Source: Chrysomallon squamiferum
Taxonomy: Eukaryota > Animalia > Mollusca
Assembly: GCA_012295275.1 (NCBI GenBank)
Contig: CM022666.1
Location: forward strand, 3,410,001-3,474,000
Direction: 5' to 3'
DNA length: 64,000 nt
Made by a program: the position numbers and the translations under genes. The notes under the pieces are model-generated. The model was not told where the DNA came from. It searched no databases and saw only the letters and a program-made list of their open reading frames with translations. Below, one piece after another: positions 1-15,238 of this stretch. Every line of letters starts with the position of its first letter. The first letter of the stretch is position 1.

Positions 1-3000
1 AATCATAAACTTTATTTTTTGTCTTAAATAACAAATATTAAAGTTGACTCTGCATTGTTGTAATGAAATTTTCGGAACCAGAATTTTCAGCACATGATAA
101 TTAATACATGAACACACTTTTGTACTCAATAAACCAATAACATATTTGTAAATTAAAAGCATTAATTAATGCTGACATAAGTCAATGTAAATTCCACATA
201 CAAAAAAAAAACAAAAAACAAGAAGAGTGATAGTATTATCAACATATACAGATATATAAAACGTTAAATAAATTAAATAAAGAAAAATAGATACGAATAA
301 AAGCTGAAATTAAATAATAAATTAAAGCCTGTTTTTAACAAACAAAACAATTAAGCCACATTTTGAGCAAATAATAAAAAGAATGTTGTGATAGCTATTG
401 CATAAGAGTTAATCAACAAGACACACACTCATATTTCAGTACATGCACCAAAACAAAGGAAAACAGAATTGTACATCCCCCAAAAATACAAAATACATCA
501 CTTGTATATTCAATTTTAAGAGAATAAAACATTAATACATATAAACAAGGTACAGATCATAACATCATTAACAACACGAAATACTGGATTTCAATAAAAT
601 GAAATAAATATACATCATTAATGCTTTAAATAATCAAAATTATTTTAACAATCACGTCCCCTCAATAAATATTATAAATTAAAAATGCATTTTAAAAAGA
701 GGAATGTATTAATCAAGATATTCACAATACAAGTTATAAATACAACACAGGCACAACGAAATCACTTATTTTATCTGAAAAGAAAATAAACTGCGGATAA
801 ACAAAATAAAACTAATGCGTTAATTATATTTATAGGTAGATAGATAAACAGATAGATAGTGATAATTCAGAACATTTAGTACTGCTAATTTTTGCTTATA
901 AAAATACATAGAATTTAGTAAGCATATCCTCTTCTTTTCGAAAATACTATCTAAAACGAAATCTTAGTCAAGAAGATGAATTAAAAATATATTTTGAAAC
1001 TCTCTCTGGTTTGTTGTGCAAAATAATTTAATTCGTATCTTAAAATGAATCAGCACTTTTTTCTGCAAAAATAATTAATTTAAGAAAAAAAACTATCAAT
1101 TTTTTTGTGAAATGAATCAAAATTATTTAAAAAAAAAAAATAATAATAAAAATAACAATGATAATAATAAACACTGTAAAAATTGTTGTTTATTTTCAAA
1201 TTATCAATTCTCTAAATCTTAAATTCATTAGCTTTATTTGCACAATTCAGTTTCAGTGAGGTAGCTAATAACATTAAACTTATTCTGCAAATTGAAAATA
1301 AACAACAGAAACTTTCACAACTGAAAAAAATAAAAAAAATAAAAATAACAAAACACTCACAACTCATTGTAATCCATATAGCAACACTGTATCTCTATAT
1401 CTATCTGTCTATATCTATATACCTATAGATGGTGAAACAAACATAAATCTAATATATTACAAAACAGAAGAAACAAGAAGCACAAACAAATATCACAATA
1501 TATTGCACATCTTTTTGTAGAAATAAACTTGATATGCAAAAATATAAAATGAGTTGTATTCTTCACAGCAGATATTGTGATTTTCTTATATATCACATTT
1601 ATGTAATAACATTATTAGAGTATTATTTTATTTCAGTTTTCCTGATTCCTCTAGTAATATTATTAGAGAAAAATTAAAATAAAATTAAAAATAAAAAAAT
1701 TGTAAAATTTTCTTCTTTTTCATTTTTAGTTTTTTTAAAACAGAAAATAAACATTCATTTTCTTCTTCTATAATTTTTTTTTTTATTCACATTCACTTTT
1801 AATCTTTTTCATATGCTAAACCTTTAACTCTTTTGACTATATCTTAGCAGATTTTAATTAAATAAATAAAAAAAAAAATTATATTTTAAAAATTTACAGT
1901 GACAAATTAGATTTAATTAATATGTCTTGAAAGAAATAAAAAAGAACTCAATGATACCATTATGCTAAAATAATAAATTAAGAAAAATTAAGAAAATTAA
2001 AATTAAACAAATATATTCTCAGAGAATAGATATAAAAGAAAAAAAGACCAATGCTGTAACTTCCATTAGACTAGAATAAAATTGTAATGCTTATCTTGGT
2101 TGTATGAGCATACATTCTGTACATTTTTAACATCTATTCTTCTCAGGGTAGACTTTAAAGCTTATTCTGATGACCAGAATATAATGAGCAAATTTCCCTT
2201 GTTACATTCATATCATAAAAACTTATCTCAAAGACATAAAAGACAATTGATATTTTAAAATTTGTACTGTTATATAGAATTCTTTAAGATCATAACTTAG
2301 GCTCTGAAATATTTACTGTAATAGTGGTATATAATTATTTTTTTTAAAAATATTAACAAAGATATTGACAATAATAATAATAATAATAAAAAACAACAAT
2401 ATTGATAATATTATTATTATTAATAATAAAGCAACAATGATATTGATAATAATAAAAAAGCAACAACCTTTATGATGATAATAAAAATAAACTTAGATAT
2501 TTTCCAAGACAAATTTAGAAGCATAATCAGTTGTTTAAAAATATTATCTTAGTTTTTAAACATAAATTTAAAAACATAATTAGATATTTAAATATGATAA
2601 TTATACATAATTTCTTTTAGCATGTGCGTCTACCACAAACAAGAAAGATACAAACATCCTAAATTTCTAAAATAAACAAAATGTTACATCACATACAAAA
2701 TAAAAATCATTTTCTCCACAATTCGTTTTGTAAAAAGTATTTTAAAAAAACCCCAGAGTATTTATTACATTTTGTACAGTTTCTTTGAATTCAAAATCCT
2801 ACTCACTAACTGCATAACAATCACAAATGAATGAGGTACTTCGGGCATACAATCTACTCTAATCGTTGTGATTTGAAACTTCTAAAATACAAACATTTAT
2901 AAAATATTCTTTTCAGTTTTCGTTAACTTTTTTTTGCTTTCAATCCTGTGGACAATAGAAATAGAATTTTAATAACTGTTAAAATAATGATTCTGCATAT

Positions 3001-3505
3001 TCATTAAATTAATTTAGTAAAAATAAAAATACTTTGGTACCTTCTTTGTAAAAAAGATTATTCCATATTTTCTGTTATTAATGTGGATTTTTTTCTTTCA
3101 TTTTTTTTTAATTTTTAGTCTCATTAAAAGAAATTTTCTGCAATTTTCTGGGTTTTTTTTTTTTTTTTTTTTTTTGTTTAAAAAATTGAGTAGATGAGTA
3201 CTATGGTACATACACAGTTTATGTAAAAGTAAAATTCATCCTGTAAAATTGAGCAGTTTACTTCTATGATTTAAAACAAATTTTCAGCAACAAAAAAATA
3301 ATAAAAGAATTCTTCCCATTTCCATTAATAAAACGGAGTAGATTGCTATTGTGGCAAAAACACATTCTCTGCAAAAAAAAAAAAAAAATTCTTCTTGTTT
3401 TTTCCTGTCTTAAATTCAGTAGACCTCTTTTATGGTACAAACACAATGCACCAGAAAAAAAAAGAAGAATTTTTCTGCAATTTTTTTTATTAGTTGTTAC
3501 AGATT

Positions 3506-6500
3506 TCACTCCACTTTCAAGAGACATTCTTCTCTCATTTTGTTTATTCGACTTTTTGGAAATGATCCAGTCTGTTTGAAAATCATCTAAAAATAATTTT
3601 TAAGTAATAAAATAAATACATTTGTATATATATATATATATATGTATATACATATACACCAAGATATATACTGCACATAAGAACACATTTAATTATTTAC
3701 TCTATACATATAAACATTTATTTAAACATCTCTAGTTCGTTAATAACTGACATTTACAAAAGCTTTAATTTCAGCTTTTCATAATTTTGTTACTATATAA
3801 TCACAAACTTCCTATCTTGTCCTCATGCACTATTACCTAAGAGTCAGTAACAAATATTTTGGCAATGAATACTGGTTTATAAGAGAACTTTGAAAATCCT
3901 TTAGGGAAATCTTTATTTTTACTATGGAAACTGTGATCATTAAAGCTCTACAATTCAGGAACAGGTAAGATTTCAGATAACATCTCACTTATTAACTCTT
4001 TTTTGTATAATTTACAAAAATTAACTTTTTAAAAGTATCAGATCGAATAATAATTACATAATTATTGGTGTAATGAAAATTTTCGTGAGTAATTTACAAA
4101 GGGGCAGAGTGTTTGGTTTAAGGTTGGGATTTTTAGCTTAGATGATACTTCAGTTAGAGAGGGGGGTTTACAGCAGGAGGTGTAGGAGCTGAGGGGGATT
4201 TTAGCTATAGTAAATATTTGACTTCATACCTTCATGAACGTGTGGCAGTCTATGACTTCAGGATTGTTAACAATGTCTTTGAACAGATCGACAGTTTCGT
4301 TGAATGATTTGCAGGCGAGGATTTTGTCCTTGTTCAGGCTGATCAGGGTGAAGGCCACTCTGTGTAAAACTTTGGATCCTTCGTAAAAGAGACAGTCCCA
4401 CACTCGATACACTGTCTGTGTGGACGGAAAAACAATGAAAATACTTCCAGAGGCCTTTTATATTTCACATACAGTACAGTTATAAAAATGTGCTCATGTT
4501 GTGTTTGATTGAGGGTGTCTCTGAGTCTGTATGTGTGTGTGTGTCTTTATATGTCTGTGTCTAAAAGTGAAAATGTGACTGAGAAAATATGTGCTTGTGG
4601 GTGTGTGCATGTGTGTATCTGTATGTGTATCTGTACGTGTGTGTATTTAAAACTCAAAATGTGAGTGTGAGAGTATGAATGCATGTAAGAGAGAGACACA
4701 CATACAGAAACAGAACAAAAAAAGTTGAAAAAAACCACACACTGATTATGAAACAGAAAAATGTTTTCCATAAATCATTTACCATCCCACTTAGACACCA
4801 GTTTAAACACAAAATTCTTAATGACTGGTCTATCACAATTTTAATAACACAAAATGCTTACTGACTGGATTATCACAATTTTAAAAACAACATTTTTACT
4901 GACTGTACTATCACAATTTTAAAAAGACAAGATTCTTACTGACTGGACTATCACAATTATAAAATTGTAAAATTCTTTCTCAAGGACTTGACTTTAATAT
5001 GGAGAATTACTCAAAATTTAGTTTAATACTTACTTCGACAGGTAAAACATCGGCAAAGAGACAGATAAACCACTTCATCCCAATCAGACACCACTGAACT
5101 CCAAGTGATTCCATGTGATTGTACACTGCTGGCAGTTTCCACCTAGACATGTAAATTAACATGTAAGTAAGATAATAAGAAAGTAAGTAAATAAATAAAT
5201 ACAGGTGTAAGTAAATAAATAAATAAAAAATAATAAGTGTAGTGATATATAAGTAATAAATAAATAAATAAATAAATGATATCTAGGTAAATAGGTAAGT
5301 ATGCAATAAAATATCATAGACAGGTTAACAGATGAATAAATAATCACAAATGCAGAGAAAACATAAAATTTGGAGAACAAATAAATATGTATTAAAATAT
5401 ACAAGAAAAGAAATAAATAATAAATGAATAAATAAATAAATAAATAAATAAATAAGGAACTAAATAAATAAAGAAAAAGATATTATTTTTCTCCTGAATT
5501 AGGCTTATTAATCTGAGAAAAAAAAAAAAATAAAAAAATAAATAAAACAAAATAAGTAACAAACTAAATAATGAAATACATAAACAAACATGTATTCCTA
5601 AAATCACACCTCTTGGAATAAATAATGTCTATTGTAACTATAATATGTAAAATATACCTCACAATTTCCCCAAGCAAAAGTTGTTCTGCTTTTAAAGCTG
5701 TCATATCTGGGGCATAGAAATCTGAAAATATCCCAAAGAAACTGAAATAATCAAGTTAAAATATTATTTTCAACATCCGTTGAGTTTTTATTTTAATTTT
5801 TGTATCTTAAAGGTATGTGGCTTGAAAGATGCTTGATTCACTATTCTGCAAGTATCAATATTAAAATAGAATTGTATCATGCAATAAAAGCAAATTTAAA
5901 ATTAAAAAAAAAAATTAAAAATTATCATTGAATAATAATAATAAGATTAGTTAAAAAAATAATAATAACAGTAAATGGCAGTAAAATTTATAAAAATAAA
6001 TTGTGGTAATAGTTAAAAATGCAAAAAAAAACAATAGTAAATGATGATGACACCTGGAATAATTTTGTTAATTAATGTGTCAAACAGCCAGAAAACTTTT
6101 TCTTCATTTTTCACAACCAAAAGTAGGAGGCCTGCCACAAAGTTCATACCCTGAATAAAAATATTGGATAACAACGACAGAAATAAAAATATGTCCATAG
6201 ATGCATGCCTCTTTTTCTGTGTATGTCTGAGTATTTCAACATATTAGTAATAATTTAAAATAATACTTTTCCTTAGTTTATATCTGGAATTTTTAATATA
6301 TAAAATTAATAAAATAACATAAAATGACATATTATTGTTAATATATTCAGTCTGCATATAAAAAACTGCATATTAATTCAGACAATTATGCAACACACAA
6401 ATTACATACAGTAAATTATATAATGCAGTAATCTATATAAATGCGGATACAAACATAAAACAATATTAATATATACGCAAATAACAACATTTTAAGCAGA

Positions 6501-8638
6501 TAAAAATATACATATGTAAGAAAACACAGACACAAACTAATATTTCTAAAACACACACCTGACAGTATCCGATGTTAGGGTTGTTTCTGGCGATTGCTGT
6601 TAACACATGTTTCAGAGGCAGACGCAAACCTTCTGGGTCATGTTCAACATCAGCAAAGTGAATATTTTCTGGAAATGTCCTTGGAAGATCTACAAAAATA
6701 AAATAAAAAATATTAATTCAAAAAAAATAAAAATTAGTAAAGAAAGAAAAAGAAACAGCATTTTGTTTTTTTTTTAATGGTCTTAGGATGACCAACACTG
6801 TGATAAAGATTCATGTGACAGCTTCTGATGTATTTATATTACAGGAACTATGTAGCTGATCTAAAGAATAATGATAAGAGAGAAGAAACTTGCAAAAGAC
6901 ATCCTTTACTAGTTTTATCATTCAGCTGTAAGGGACTGTTTACATATGTGTCAGTGCATGTGAAAATCAAGGATAAGTCACAGATTATGTTCTGATTTTA
7001 TGAAGCAAAACTGACATTCATGCAAAAAATATCCATTTTGAGATTTTCTATTTTAGTATCTTTCACCATGTATTTAAAAAAAAAAAAATTTTTTTTTAAC
7101 AAGCTAAATAATATTAACAATCCAGCATCCATGATTTTTCTGTGCACCATCACATATGCATATTTCCAACAAATGAACATACAGAACAACACAGCTTTTA
7201 ACAAACCAACTTTGAGGCAACTGTCTGGGATTGATCCTATGATCTTTCAAACCGCAGATGAGAATGCAAAATACCTTTCTCAATGGCTTCGTAACATGAA
7301 GTGCTTCTTTGAATATCAGTCACAACGATCAGTTCTTTGTAAAGTTCAGGCTGTTCTCTCATCCTTTTATTAGCCTCGCTTGTCTGCATCCATACCTCCG
7401 TCCTGTACTCAGCAGGAATTCCTTTTCTGCAGAATCTCTTTACTGAAATTTAAAACACACAATAAGAACACATATATATAATATATTTAATTTAGGCATA
7501 TTACAATTTAAAGATAATTTTAAAATGAATTTTAGCACATCATCCCACGTTTTTCAAACTACTAAAACAAAATAAATTTACTTTTATGTGCTATGATTTT
7601 AAAATGGATTTAAAACACACAGTTCAAATTCAAAGAAATAAAAGAAAATTTGATTTATTGATGATATTAAAATGAATTTAAAACATATATTCCTGAAAAA
7701 AATAAGACAAAAATAAAATCATTACAAGTTAAATAAAATTTTAGAATGAATTTAAAACAGACAAGCAGACTGAAACACACACAAACACATACACCATACA
7801 CATGCACACACTCAAACAATCATATGTACTATTATTTTAAATCTTAATTATAAAACACTGAAGTAAAGGTACAAAAATGGACACTATTTATATATCTCAA
7901 AACACAGAACACAATATATAAGAATTGATAACATAATTGAAGACACACTGAAACATTATGAAAAGAAATTAACTTCTGTCAGTAATCAGTTAGCTCAAAC
8001 TAAATTCAAAAAAGACTATATCAGAGAGTTGAATATAATAATAATAATAATAATTTTTACATGTTCTAGATTTAACTAATCCATTCTGTCCTATCATCTC
8101 GTTCCATCGAGCTGCTCGATGTGCCAGTATTCGAAGATATGACGTCATAAACTCTTCGTATGTCTTGAAATCTGTGTTTTCTGAGTGCTCAAATCCATAG
8201 CAATCAATTTTGCTGGAAAAAAATATACATATGACACACACTACACATCAAGTTAACATTGAGTGACATTTTGTGAGTAAATATTTGTATTAGTTAAACA
8301 TTTTACTTTTTGGTAAAATTCCCATCTATGTTATTTTGTGTGATTCTAAAAAATTTATATTGTTAAATAATAAAACTGTGAGCAACTATAAAAATAGAAG
8401 TTAAACACCACTCCAACCCATTTTGAGTAATTTTTCAACTATAAAAAAAATCAAACAAAATCTGTTATTTGGTTAAGGTGTGACATGAATTTTGGAATTT
8501 TCATCATTTAGATAAATAAAACTGCTAGAGATAACGTACATTAATTGCTAATATTTAACAATTATCTATTTATGTACAAATTTCAGTTTATACTTGCTTA
8601 GAACATATTATTAATGTTTCTTTTAATTTTTTTATTAA

Positions 8639-8679
<41 letters not shown>

Positions 8680-9102
8680 AGCAATAAGGTAACTGCATCG
8701 ATTGATCTACAAAAAAATATAATAAAATGTTAATTGCTTTTTGCATATATGTCATTATAATAATTATGATATTGATTCCTAATTCATTTTCGTTTACTCT
8801 TTGGATTTCTCCGTTTTCACATTTTCCAGCAACATTCGAAAACAGGATATTATATTTTGTGATTTTTTATTTCATGGCTCACTATTACATTACTCGATAC
8901 AAGAATAAAAAATAAAAATAAAAATTGTCTCAAGTGCCACTAACCGGCTTTCGTAAATATTAATTGAGAAGTCGGAAACTCATTAGGCATGAAAACATGT
9001 CATTTAAGACTAATTTTATTAATTTCAAGAGAGCCAGTTTGGCAGTACTGCACGATTACCAAAAAATAAATACTACCTGTTAACAAATTCTTTCGACTCC
9101 AT
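3506..9102 (-). CDS. GRTP1: Growth hormone-regulated TBC protein 1-like (TBC-domain Rab GTPase-activating protein), 9 coding exons, about 337 aa
   Basis: Hand-spliced GT-AG exons: 9077-9102, 8061-8212, 7275-7442, 6559-6689, 6054-6150, 5658-5721, 5034-5142, 4230-4415, 3506-3586. Total 1014 nt, all phases consistent. Protein reads MESKEFVNSKIDCYGFE...KRFCRKGIP...EAIEKDLPRTFPEN...GYCQGMNFVAG...[30 protein letters not shown]...CHTFMKMIFKQTGS. The TBC R-finger (IxxDxxR) and Q-finger (YxQ) are intact, and it is colinear with vertebrate GRTP1 as recalled from memory. Confidence 0.93.
4805..4965. repeat. About 40-bp minisatellite, 4 degenerate copies, in a GRTP1 intron
   Basis: Core TTA(C/A)TGACTG..(C/T)TATCACAATT recurs about every 38-42 bp. 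Confidence 0.8.
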
Positions 9103-9378
9103 ATTTAATTTTGATACGTGTGATACTTTAATAGGCTGGATCGCATTTTTACATGATATTTCTGTGAACAATCCAGGCCTTTCGCAACTTCGACAAGGGA
9201 AATAACAACAAAACATGTTTAGGAAAGCATTTTGTACAATGAGTATGACGCCTCGCACCAGAAATCCCACAACCCACATTATTTTATCGTTTTTGTTTAT
9301 TCACATAATTGTACACAGAATTATAATTATATACTTTATTAATTAATTAATTTATTTATTTACTTATTGTTGTTGTTG

Positions 9379-9439
<61 letters not shown>

Positions 9440-10353
9440 CGATGTTGTTCTTGATACTGTAATTGTTGTTTGTTTATGGGGATTGAAGCATTAAAGTTAA
9501 GAGAATGTATGATTAAATGTAAAAAAAAAAAAACAACCACAAAAAAAAAACAACTAAACTTCATAAAATTCGAAACTGTTTAATCGCAGTTTTGATTCGA
9601 TCTACTTTATTTTTTTTACTTTTTATTTATTATCTTATTATTTTTGTTCTATTCTTCCTGCACGCCCTTGTATATTACGTTAGTTCGAAGCCACTTCCTG
9701 TCCTTTAAAATCACTGAAATAAAAATAAAACGTATTTTATTTATTATTCTATTTTATCTTATTTCAGTTTGTTGTTGTTATTGTTGTTGTTGATGTTGTT
9801 GTTATTATTATTATTATTACTTTCTTTTTCTTTCTTTCAAAATGATTTTATTACCTATTAATTATAAGTATCGAGCATAAATTACGTAACAGTTATCAAA
9901 GAGGAAATCTGCTGCTCTTGAATTGTTGTTTTCACAGGTTTTATCCGAACTATCCCAGTTTGCACCGAGTCACGTCCCTTGTTTTTTCTTGCGCATTGTG
10001 GTTAAAAATAGATTGTTTGAACAGCCTCACAGAATATGAATACACTCTTACATTCATACTCACACACACATATACACGCATGTATACATACATACATACA
10101 TTAATTGCTTATGTTTAGAATTGTTTTCGGATATAACTGTTCACGATTTTCAGTTTATGAACCCTTTAATGCCTTTCTTCTTGTTTATTATTACAGCAAT
10201 AAATTAACTTCTTCATAATATCTGCCCAAAATACACCATTAAGTGCTGCTGTACAGTCTTTTGATCTCAGTTATAACCGTCATTATTTCACCATTAAAAT
10301 TATATAGCTGCTTTAATTAAAACTGCGTGCACTAAATGATCACATATATTTTG

Positions 10354-10391
<38 letters not shown>

Positions 10392-12082
10392 GTTGTTGTT
10401 GTTGTTGTTGTTGTTGTCTTTATTATTATTATTGCTTTTATTGTTATTATTATTACTTTTGTTGTTACTGTTATTATTACTATCATTATTGTTGTTGTTT
10501 TTGTTGTAGGTATTATTGTTATTATTATTACTATTATTATTATTATCATCATCATCATTATTGTTGTTGTTGTTGTTATATCATACATCAACTCCATCTC
10601 ACTCATTTCTTGCCAACTTATGTTTTATTCTTAATAATAAATTAATTTCATCTTGAAAGTTATACATGTATTTTCGACAGTGATGACAACCCTCTTCTAT
10701 TTTGAAATCCTGAATCGAAACCTGAATGCATCATTTTAAGTTAGAGTCATCTTTTCATATTACTAACATTAAGTGACGATTTTTATATACATTTACAAGT
10801 GTTTGTTTTATTTGAAACATAAAACAAACCTTTGTTAACAATAAAGACGGTCAAAATTACGATATTCCAAAATGTATGGAGGAAACCTTTTTTTTTTTTT
10901 TTTTTTTAAATTTTGTTATTAATTTTTTTTTTTTTTTTTTATTAAATTTTAAAAACATTTTGTTTGATTCTTTCATGAATTTATGACGTAATGTCGTATG
11001 CAGAAATATAGGCAATTAAAGTGTTAGTAAATTAAAATATATACATACACATCAAGTGAGTTTCCCATTCCACCAGGTACTCCAGACTGCAGTATTGCAC
11101 GTTTCAATGCACTTTCCTATCAACAGCAGAAGATAAATATAAAATATCCCTTCGTGCTATATATAGCTGCCCAAAAATTAGCGACATTCGAGTTTCTGTC
11201 CCGCACATATCATTGTTATACGAAAACTATATTAATTATAATTATTAATAAGATCCATTAACTAAATAGCCATTTTGCTGATTAAATTTTAAATACACTG
11301 ATTCCAGGACTCGACCTTAACTGAAAGAACAGTAAAAGCGCACATAATAAAGTAACACAGTTTTGCTATTTTGCATAAGCTCAGTTCAAGATGGCTGAAC
11401 AATGGATAGATAGTGTATCATGTAGAGGAAATATTTAAGCGATTTATCATCAGCAATTGTTTATGGTGACCTTTTTTTTTTTCTTTTTCCCCCCCCCGTC
11501 TATGGAACTGGGTTACTTGTTTTATTTATATTATCTGCTTAAATGAATGTATAAATATTATTGCAACAAAGTGATGTCAAATTGTTATACGTTTTTTGTC
11601 TTGGTCTACATACTTATATATATATATATATATATATTTTGTATGTAAATCTACGTGTGTGTGTGTGTGTTTGTAGTTATGCATGCTGTACGTGCATAAT
11701 GTATGTGTGTGCAAGAATGTTTGTATGTGTGTAGGTGTGTACGTACGCTGAATTTCACCGTCTCCAAAATAAAGCATTGTAACAATGATAAACACATATA
11801 TAAACAAAACAACACAATGTAAAACGATATTTTAATAATGCCGCTTTAATTTTAATACATTAAGACATATTATACAGATGCGCCAATACTTTGTTTATAT
11901 AAATAATATACTTTAAAGTAAATATAATCCGATCACATTTTTTTCCCAGTTAACAATAGAAATGCTCCTTTCTTTTTCTTTTAAGCTTTTTCAGAGTACG
12001 TATGAAAAGCTGATATAAAACCGAGGCACACCAGAATATTCAGTTAATAAACACTGTAAGTAAAAAGCGTTTATATATCTCT

Positions 12083-12191
<109 letters not shown>

Positions 12192-13381
12192 GTACAAAGT
12201 TTTAAAATTAATTGTAAAATTCGTTTTCTTTTCGCAAACAAACAAGAAAACAAAAGCAAAGGACAAAAGGAGAAACATACAGCCACACTTTTTCATAAAA
12301 TATAACATTTGATTAAACATACTGTAGTATTTAAAACAAACATTCAAATTAAACAAATATAACAAAAATGTTCAGCTGATTGTAACAGAAATATTGAGTA
12401 TAGCAAACCACCTTTAAAAAACTGTACACCTTTCATAAAGGTGTACGTTTTGTTAATCCGATACCTGGACACGGACAAAACGTGTAAAATAACGTGTAAA
12501 ATTAACATATTTATTACAGTTAAGAAGAAACGTGGTGATGTCCACATAACGTCCGAAAGTATTAACATGGCGTTGTTATGGGCAACCAACCTTTACCGCC
12601 CTTCTAACTGGTCTTTTCTAAAACAAAAAACAGACTAGATAAAAAGCGATTATTCAAATCACCATGACTATTTATTATGTTTAGACTACTTGAGAAAAGT
12701 TAAAAAAAAAAGAAAAAAGTTTATAAATGTAGTTCGTTTAAATGTAATAATGATGGTGCTAAAACCTGAGGTATTTTTCTCTACCGCCAAATGAATGTTA
12801 TATTGCTGCTAAATGTGATTATGTTATTTGTTACGTAACTGTTTCATTTGTTCTATACATTATTGGAATTCTGCTTGTTAAAAACGGTATGACAATAATG
12901 CAGTTAGATCGTGTAGAATTATTTGTTTTCCCCGTGTATATGTGATATTGCGTCTTACAGATAAAAAAATAAAACAATAATAAAAATGTATAGTAAATTG
13001 TCGAAGATACACTTAAAATGATTAACCTACACGATATGCGTAAATAATAATAACAATAACAATAATAATAATTTTTCTGAAGGAACATCGACGAAACCAG
13101 TTCGTCAGAAATAATTAACAAATAGGCGCACAAAAAATATTGCTTATATATATATATAGTATTTTACAGAGAAAAATACTGTTGTTTGATTATTTATAAT
13201 TAACTGCTAAAAATGCACTAACTTGTTTTCAGTGGCAAGTGACAAGTAAGTGAGAAAAGCTTAAGTGACCAATCATATTTCATAGACAAAATGTATAGTA
13301 ACTATAGTAACAACTACTGACCAATAACCTTTCATTTAATTTTCATAAGAGTACTAACTGATCAATGAATTTCTTACACTG

Positions 13382-13621
13382 TTACGTCACGTTTTGTTAT
13401 TCTCCTCAAACCTGAAACATGTTATTACGTCATATATTAATAGTCCCTTTAAACGTGTCATCATTACGTCATATCCCTATTCTCTTTCATCGCGATGTTA
13501 TTACGTCATACCACTATATTCATATTCTACGTAAACGTGATGTCATTACGTCATATTAATATATTCATATTCCCTGTATCTCTGTATTCATATTTTTCAT
13601 AAATGTGTTATTATTACGTCA
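13382..13621. repeat. Spaced array of six TTACGTCA motifs (degenerate minisatellite or bZIP-site cluster)
   Basis: TTACGTCA starts at 13382, 13425, 13464, 13501, 13546 and 13614. Confidence 0.8.
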
Positions 13622-15238
13622 TACCGTATTATGATGTAATACGCTTACAGGTATCTTTCTATGAGCTGTTAACACAATGAAACTTATTAGTATTTTCTGA
13701 TGCAATGTCAGCAGTGCAGAATAACTCTTGACATATTATCAAATTATTTCATCATGTTATAATAGTAGTCGTAGTAATAGTAGTAGTAATGATGATGATA
13801 ATGATGACGATGATAATAACAGTAAACAGTTCAACATATATAACATTTTGGCTGAAATTTCAACAGATTATGAAATTATTATATAGCAAATAACGGCAGT
13901 AATAACAATAATACATCATATAGATACATACACACACCCACACCCACACATACACATGTATACACACGCATGCATACATACATACATACATACAATATTC
14001 ATATATTAAAAAAATCCAACACTTTTAACTGCAACACACACACACACACAAAAATAATAATAATAAAATTTTTTAAAAAAAGATGACCGTGAAAAGAAAA
14101 AGAAAGATGAATTCTTTCAAGTCCAGTTGTCTGACTTTTAACAACGAACATCACAACATTATACACGTCCATGCGTGTATGCGTACGTTATGTATGTATG
14201 TATGTATGTGTGCGTGAATGCATGTCTACGTGTTAATATCACACGGGTAGGGGGGCTGGAACAAATAAAAGGGGCGTGTAGTACAGATGCCTGCCTGTCG
14301 TTTCCCCCATCCCTTTTTTTCCATATTTTCAGTAAGAGTGATTTTGTACTCATCCGCATTGTCCAAAGTCACACATTTCTCGACAATCAGAGCATATTAG
14401 AGTGCAGGAGTTCTACCTATGTTAATGAAGAAGAAAAGATAAATAAAAATATTTCTCTTTCCGATAAACTATTAACAGAAAACGTGCCTTTTGATAAATA
14501 AATAAATAAATAAATACAGTATCATCTCTAGACAGATAATAGTCAAGTATTCATTTCTTATGTGTTCAAATATTTTACATACATGTATATATGTATATAT
14601 ATATAGATAGATATATACACACCAGTATATCAGTAAAGTAGATCATTGTGCGTTTCTTTTTTCGGGAAGTATAGATTTATAAAATGTTAGATATGTATCA
14701 AATGTCTAATGTGATAAATATTAAATGTAAAATATTGTAAACTGTATAAATAGGTTATAATTTTAAAACTGATTTAAAACACACAGTTCGAATTCAAACA
14801 AATACAAGAAAATTTGATTTATTGATGATTTTAAAATGAATTTAAAATACACATTCCTGAAAAAAAAAATAAGACAAAACTAAAATCATTCATAGACATG
14901 TATTACAAGTTAAATAAAATTTTAGAATGATTTAAAACAGACTGAAACACACACAAACACATACACATGCACACACACGCACACACACACACTCGAACAA
15001 TCATATGTAATAGTATTTTAAATCTTAATTATAAAACTTTTAAGTAAAGGTACCACAAACTGGATATTATTTATATATCTCAAAATAAAGAAAGCAATAT
15101 ATAAGAATTGATAACATAAGAAGACACACTGAAACATTATGAAAAGAAATTAACTTCTGTCAGTGATCAGTCTGCTCAAACTAAATTCAACAAAGACTAT
15201 ATCAGAGAGTTGAATATAATAATAATAATAATTTTTAC

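Noticed and set aside
7207-7270. Alternative GRTP1 exon-3 donor at 7206 and a tRNA/SINE-like fragment
   Set aside because: That donor breaks the reading frame, while the donor at 7274 restores IEKDLPR. The SINE resemblance is too short to call.
9073-9279. 68-aa ORF as a longer GRTP1 N-terminus
   Set aside because: Resemblance to GRTP1 begins only after MESKEF. An N-terminal extension cannot be excluded but is unsupported.
13382-13621. CRISPR-like repeat-spacer appearance
   Set aside because: The repeats are only about 8-13 bp, spacing is irregular, spacers resemble each other, there are no cas genes, and the context is eukaryotic.
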